Position numbers and translations under genes: made by a program. A DNA stretch of 64,000 nucleotides, taken from positions 3,008,741 through 3,072,740 of the forward strand of contig OZ037768.1 in assembly GCA_964035545.1 (NCBI GenBank), in the 5' to 3' direction. The notes beneath the pieces were generated by a model. It ran no database searches, was not told where the DNA came from, and saw only the letters and a list, made by a program, of their open reading frames with translations. This DNA comes from Bugula neritina. Its lineage: Eukaryota; Animalia; Bryozoa. This document shows positions 58,860 through 64,000 of this stretch, piece by piece (within the stretch, counting starts at the first letter, position 1; every line of letters starts with the position of its first letter).

Positions 58860-59390
58860 TAGTATTGCAGTGTAGTACAGCATAGAGTAGTATAATATAG
58901 TCTAGTGTAGTATTATGTAGTACACACTGTAGCTAGCGCAGTGCAGTGTAGTGTAATGTAGTGCAATATAGTATTATAGTATAGTGTAGCATATTTCATA
59001 GTATGGTGCAGTGTAGTGCTATATAGTATTATAGTATAGTGTAGTGTAGCATATTTTATAGTATGGTGCAGTGTGGTGCTATATAGTATTATAGTATAGT
59101 ATAGTGTAGCTTATTTCATAGTATGGTGCAGTGTGGTGCTATATAGTATTATAGTATAGTATAGTGTAGCATATTTCATAGTATGGTGCAGTGTGGTGCT
59201 ATATAGTATTATAGTATAGTATAGTGTAGCATATTTCATAGTATGGTGCAGTGTGGTGCTATATAGTATTATAGTATAGTGTAGTGTAGCATATTTCATA
59301 GTATGGTGCAGTGTGGTGCTATATAGTATTATGATGCAGTGTTATAGTGTCGTGCAATGCACTGTAGTGTTATAGTATATGATTATCGTA
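58860..59390. repeat. 60-bp minisatellite built from TAGTR/CAGTG pentamers
   Basis: About six near-identical 60-bp units (~58960-59330) within a degenerate pentamer tract. Confidence 0.9.
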
Positions 59391-59832
59391 TTATTGCTAA
59401 CCAAGTTAGCTATTTAACTTTACTAGCAACTTTAAAACCTATACGAACAATAATACGAGAAGTTTATTTATATTGCATTATTCGTACATTATTTATCATT
59501 GCAATGATTATTTTCAACAATTCATAAAGAAATTTATAATCACTTATAAATAAAATTTAAAGAATTTTGAAACTCTAAAGAATTTAAACAAATTCTTTGC
59601 TGTTTGTTTCATTGGCTTCATCTCAGATATTGATGACTCATATCATTTATGAGCTAAAAGTCATTTGCGAAGTTCTACTTTCAAAAGTCAGTCAAATACT
59701 CTCTGCGGTAAAATTCTACTATTTGAAACTAGTGACACTCTTAGTTTCTTCGAACGGCTATAATCTAATACACATATCTACTCTCCAGTAGTTTACGGTG
59801 ACTTATTCTAGCGAATTTTACCAACCGAAAGA

Positions 59833-61023
59833 ATGTCTCATTCCCAAATTCCTTGCTCTTCTTTTACTCCTCAAACTTCTCAGACCTCCCAGGATGGTTC
59901 AGAAGCTCCTCCCATCTCTCAAGCTAATTCAGAGGCCTCCTTAGAGCTACCAACTGATCACACAGAAACCTGTAGTATCGCTCGAAACTGGCAGATACCT
60001 GCACAGCCTTTTCATTTAACTTCCCATTCAGACACTTCAGCTAAATCATCTGGAACAAGTCTTGAACAGAGACCAGTTGAATACATATCATCGATTCCAG
60101 GGGCAGACAACACACCTCTCTCGTGCATCTTTCAGTCCGCTGACAGCGTACTTAAAGGCAGCACTTCTGAAGTTCATGAAATGATCTGTCCACCATCGAA
60201 AGTCAATGCAGTAAGTTTCTATTTGCTTGTTAGCCATCCATTATCTATCTAATTATGAACCAAGAATTATTGTTACAAACTGTAAATTCTCTATTGAAAC
60301 CATTAAAGTCATAGAATCAAGTTTGTTACTGCACTAAAACCCTGGTTACTTGTTTTGTTACATTTGTGCATTCTATGCATGCTTGTAAGATGCAAGTTTG
60401 CAGCTGCTATTTCTTATAAGTCCTGTAAGTTTATGTATTGTAATCCGCTGGGAATAATAAATACAGGATATGGTGTACGAAGAAGATGACAGCTCTACCA
60501 GGCCCAGAGGACAGTGGATCTCTGTTGATGGCTGCTTCTGTGACAACTGCACTTACTGGAGGCCCCATGACTCCTCTCGTAAAAATGCGGGTAAGAAAAA
60601 TAGAAACTGAGCTAACAGCTTCATGAGAATTTAAAGCAAATCTAATTATGTTTGAGCAACCAACCATAATTACATAATTTAAATTTAAGGAGACTGGCAT
60701 TTGGCTAGCCTATTTCCAAATTAGTTAGAAATAAATATATAATATTACTTTTTCAAGGAAGTAATTTGTAGCTTTTATTTATAGCAAGAGAAGGTCTACT
60801 TCCTACGGACCATGAGAGCAGAGAAAACCTTAGAAAAATAAAGATGGCGTCTTCGGAGAAAGTCTGGGAAGAATGGAGTTGGATGCGAAGAGAAGCTGTG
60901 AAAGATGCTATAACTGTGGGAGGTGTGATTGCTGCGGGATATCTTATAGTCACGAAAAGACAGGAAATTGAAAGCATGGTGAAGGAAGGATTAAGTGCCA
61001 CTGCAAAGTGGTTCTTTGGATGA
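59833..61023 (+). CDS. Uncharacterised three-exon protein (~246 aa) with S/P-rich N-terminus, CxCxxC motif and near-C-terminal hydrophobic segment
   Basis: Exons 59833-60210 (GCA|gtaagt), 60467-60590 (G|gtaaga) and 60785-61023 join in frame to TGA; the exons are GC-richer than the flanks. Confidence 0.7.
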
Positions 61024-62621
61024 AACTGTTACTCTAAATTATCTAAATAAACTCAGTACGAGTTGTCAAACTGAGCGCAGCTTGAGCCACTGAGAAGTCA
61101 GTTTGAGTCGCTGAAAAGAAGTCAGTTTGGGTTGTTGAACCGGACTCCGGGTCAAGTTGTGGAGATGTACTCAGTACTATTATCAGTCTGACTGATAATA
61201 ATTATAGTCCAATGGCCGCGGAATGGTCACTGATTAAAGCACTGAGCACATGCTAGCATTGATCCAGGCATCTGTGCATGGTTAGTGGCATGTGAAGGCT
61301 TATAGGATACTTGTTACAGTCAAGAGCCCGAAGCACACTTTAGTGCTTGTACCTTAGTAACTTCATCACAAAGTTTGGTTTGTGATGAACTGTTTGGAAA
61401 CACCAAATAGATGTTAAGATAAAAATGGAAAGACTGATTCTTGAACATTTGCCAATTGTGGAGTACATGCATTAATGTGATTCATCATACATGAAATATT
61501 GAATTTTAGAGTTCATGTAATCCATTGTTGTTTTACAACTATGTAAATACGTTTGATTTAAATTCAGTTATTTTGTTGTTCATTCAATTTGTTGTAATAT
61601 ATAATTATAAAAAAAAGCTTTAGTATACTGTTATTCTGTATAATATAGCATAGTATATGTAGAACATCAAGTTATTTAATATTTTTACATATAGCACATA
61701 TATAAGCTATCAGTGCACTTTCGATATAACTCATGAAAATATATTCAATATTCACAAAAGCAGTGAAACTCTTAGGAAAAGTTCCTACCACAGTATAAAT
61801 TATCAAAATCTGTGGACAGCAGCTGTTTCAGGGATATAAGTATAATGAAATATGTAAAGCTCTTCAAAAACTTTTCATTTAGCTTTTTAAGCCAATTTTT
61901 TGCAGACAAGCTGTGCCTACAGTATAGTCCTGTTATCAAATACAGTTAAGTTATATTATAGCAAAGTAGGTATAGCTTCTCTTAATATTTAAAATTTTCT
62001 TTAATATAAAATGTGCTGTAATTTATTCCATTGTGTTTTTGCACTTGCCACAGAATAATATTATTTGTTTTGAAACTTCATTTTATGTTTTCATGTAACA
62101 GTATATTATTATAGTTTGCATATTTGCATATTATTTTATTGTTGTTGAATAGTTTCATTATTGCATTCCGTCTTTCCAGTGCGGTGTAAAGATGTAAAGT
62201 AGTGTGACAGTTTAGTGTATAAAACTACCGTTCATGTACGCTCAGTGTGAGAAGCAAGTACAATGACACACGAGTGAAGATTCAAAATAAACCTCAGTCC
62301 AGCTCACTGTGAAATCTATAAAATCATTTTATTATAATGTTTTATCTGTAATCATGTGAATTACAAAGCCACTCAAGAAAACTTAAATTCCATCCATAGA
62401 TATTGCCAAATTGAACATAGAGTTACCTACTCAACATTTGATAAGATAATTCTCAATCTGAAGTTTTTCTAATTTATAAATTTACTTGTTGAAAGATTAC
62501 ATGAGAGCATATTTGGATAGTGACTCTATAATTGCGCGTATCACTTTAAAACACTTAAAAAACTCTAGTGTATTGATATTTAACAATAAGGAAGATTTTT
62601 ATTCATCATCGCTGGTTACTG

Positions 62622-63109
62622 CAGGATTGTGATCAACTACATACGAATGTAATTAACTGCAATTACATTTACATGAAAATTTGTCAATTACTATTACAAT
62701 TATAATTACAGTTAAAAATTAATGTAATCAATTACAATTAAAATTGCTTTTGTTCATACAAGAATAAATAGAGGTTATACAATCTTACTTCTGGGGTCCA
62801 ACTACCAGGTGCAATTTTGAGAGTGAAGAACCTCTTTTGTTTTCAATAGTGATACTATACTACATTGACTTAATCTGAACTTGTTATTTAACAGTAGGAA
62901 TGGTAGGAAAAGCATAAAATTTTTAAGATTTAAAAATTTGAAGTAAGCGACATGTAATTATAAAGTAATTGTAAAAATATATTACATTAGATATGTAATT
63001 AATTACAATTACATTCTTATACATAAATTACAAATTACATTCAATTACTTGAAAAAATGTAATTAATTACAACTAATTACAATTACAAATTACAATTACC
63101 CCAACCCTG
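62622..63109. mobile_element. hAT-like MITE with AATTAC subterminal repeats
   Basis: Right end CCCCAACCCTG, degenerate left end CAGGATTGTG, dense AATTAC/GTAATT repeats in both arms, near-duplicated flank CTGGTTAC (62612-62619) / CTGGTTAG (63110-63117). Confidence 0.65.
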
Positions 63110-64000
63110 CTGGTTAGCAATCAATAAGTTTAAATGCTGCTAAAAATGCTTTGGTAGAAAACTTCTCTATTTAATACATACTGTATATAGGACATTCTAG
63201 TAATATTTTTATTGATATTACTTTCTGTTTGCTGAAGTCATTCATATAATATTATGCGGCAATATTTGTAGCCTAAGGAGTTATCTGTTCATGGAGCCAA
63301 TGACTGCCATTTGATAGATACCAAACTAATATTTTGCTAGAAACGAAAGCAAAGTAAAGCTGTTTATCGTTGCACATGATGTATAGAAAGAGCCAACTAC
63401 TTTGTGTCAGTATGCCTAAGGGGAGGTAATTCCAAACATCATCAAAGCATATTCAGTGTTTACACATATATATTTATCGGTAAATATATTTATACAAGCT
63501 TGGTTATAAGTAGGCTATGACTACAAAAAGCATTTTATTTCAAGTCTGGTGATAATTGAAAAAATTGAAAATTGAAAAACTTATTTTATTTCCCTTAAGA
63601 ATTATAAGAATATTTTGCTGAAACTATGACCTTTATTTGGTAGGCTACAGTACGTATAGATATGAATCTGCATAGTTAATAAAGACTCATAAGGAACAAT
63701 GCTTTGGTAATAAAGGTGCACTGAAGTAGAATGTGTGTAAACAGAAATGAGTGGAAAACTCCAACTAGACATTAGCCTACTTTGAGTTTAGTAATCAAAA
63801 TGTTTCTCGCAGTTTTGTCTACTCTTTGATATGTATACATCAGATAATATTAGTCACAGTGCAGTTTAGCTGAAGAGGCTTCAGTAGTTTTCTTTAAGAA
63901 GCTAATTTGCTGCCCTGAGTCTTGATATGCCTTCAGGATAGACTTATGAAAATTACTCTCTCCATGTATTTTACCCTCTTCATGTCAGATACATTGGAGA

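Overview
AT-rich, intron-rich animal genomic DNA; an invertebrate, possibly a lophotrochozoan, though the taxon is inference only. Reading splice sites by hand gives: (1) a ~30-exon kinesin-3 gene (KIF28/KLP-6-like, + strand, 2544-24442) with several micro-exons, a GC-AG intron, a pair of homologous, probably mutually exclusive tail exons with flanking RNA-pairing elements, and a C-terminal CaaX box (CTLM*); (2) an E2F4/5-like gene (+, 25945-33089) with a U12 AT-AC intron and a 1.5-kb minisatellite built from its last splice acceptor; (3) a tandem array of four spliced, apparently intact class A-like 7TM receptor genes (- strand, 34.5-57.7 kb) that lack the DRY and NPxxY motifs, are mosaic relative to each other, and are delimited by dinucleotide microsatellites; (4) a three-exon orphan gene (+, 59833-61023) encoding a putative tail-anchored protein. 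The window also has solo-LTR-like, MITE and foldback fragments, many mini- and microsatellites, RFX X-box motifs, and a possible divergent first exon at 2078-2141. The long ORFs in the supplied track are repeat artefacts. All coordinates were read by eye; no database search was run.
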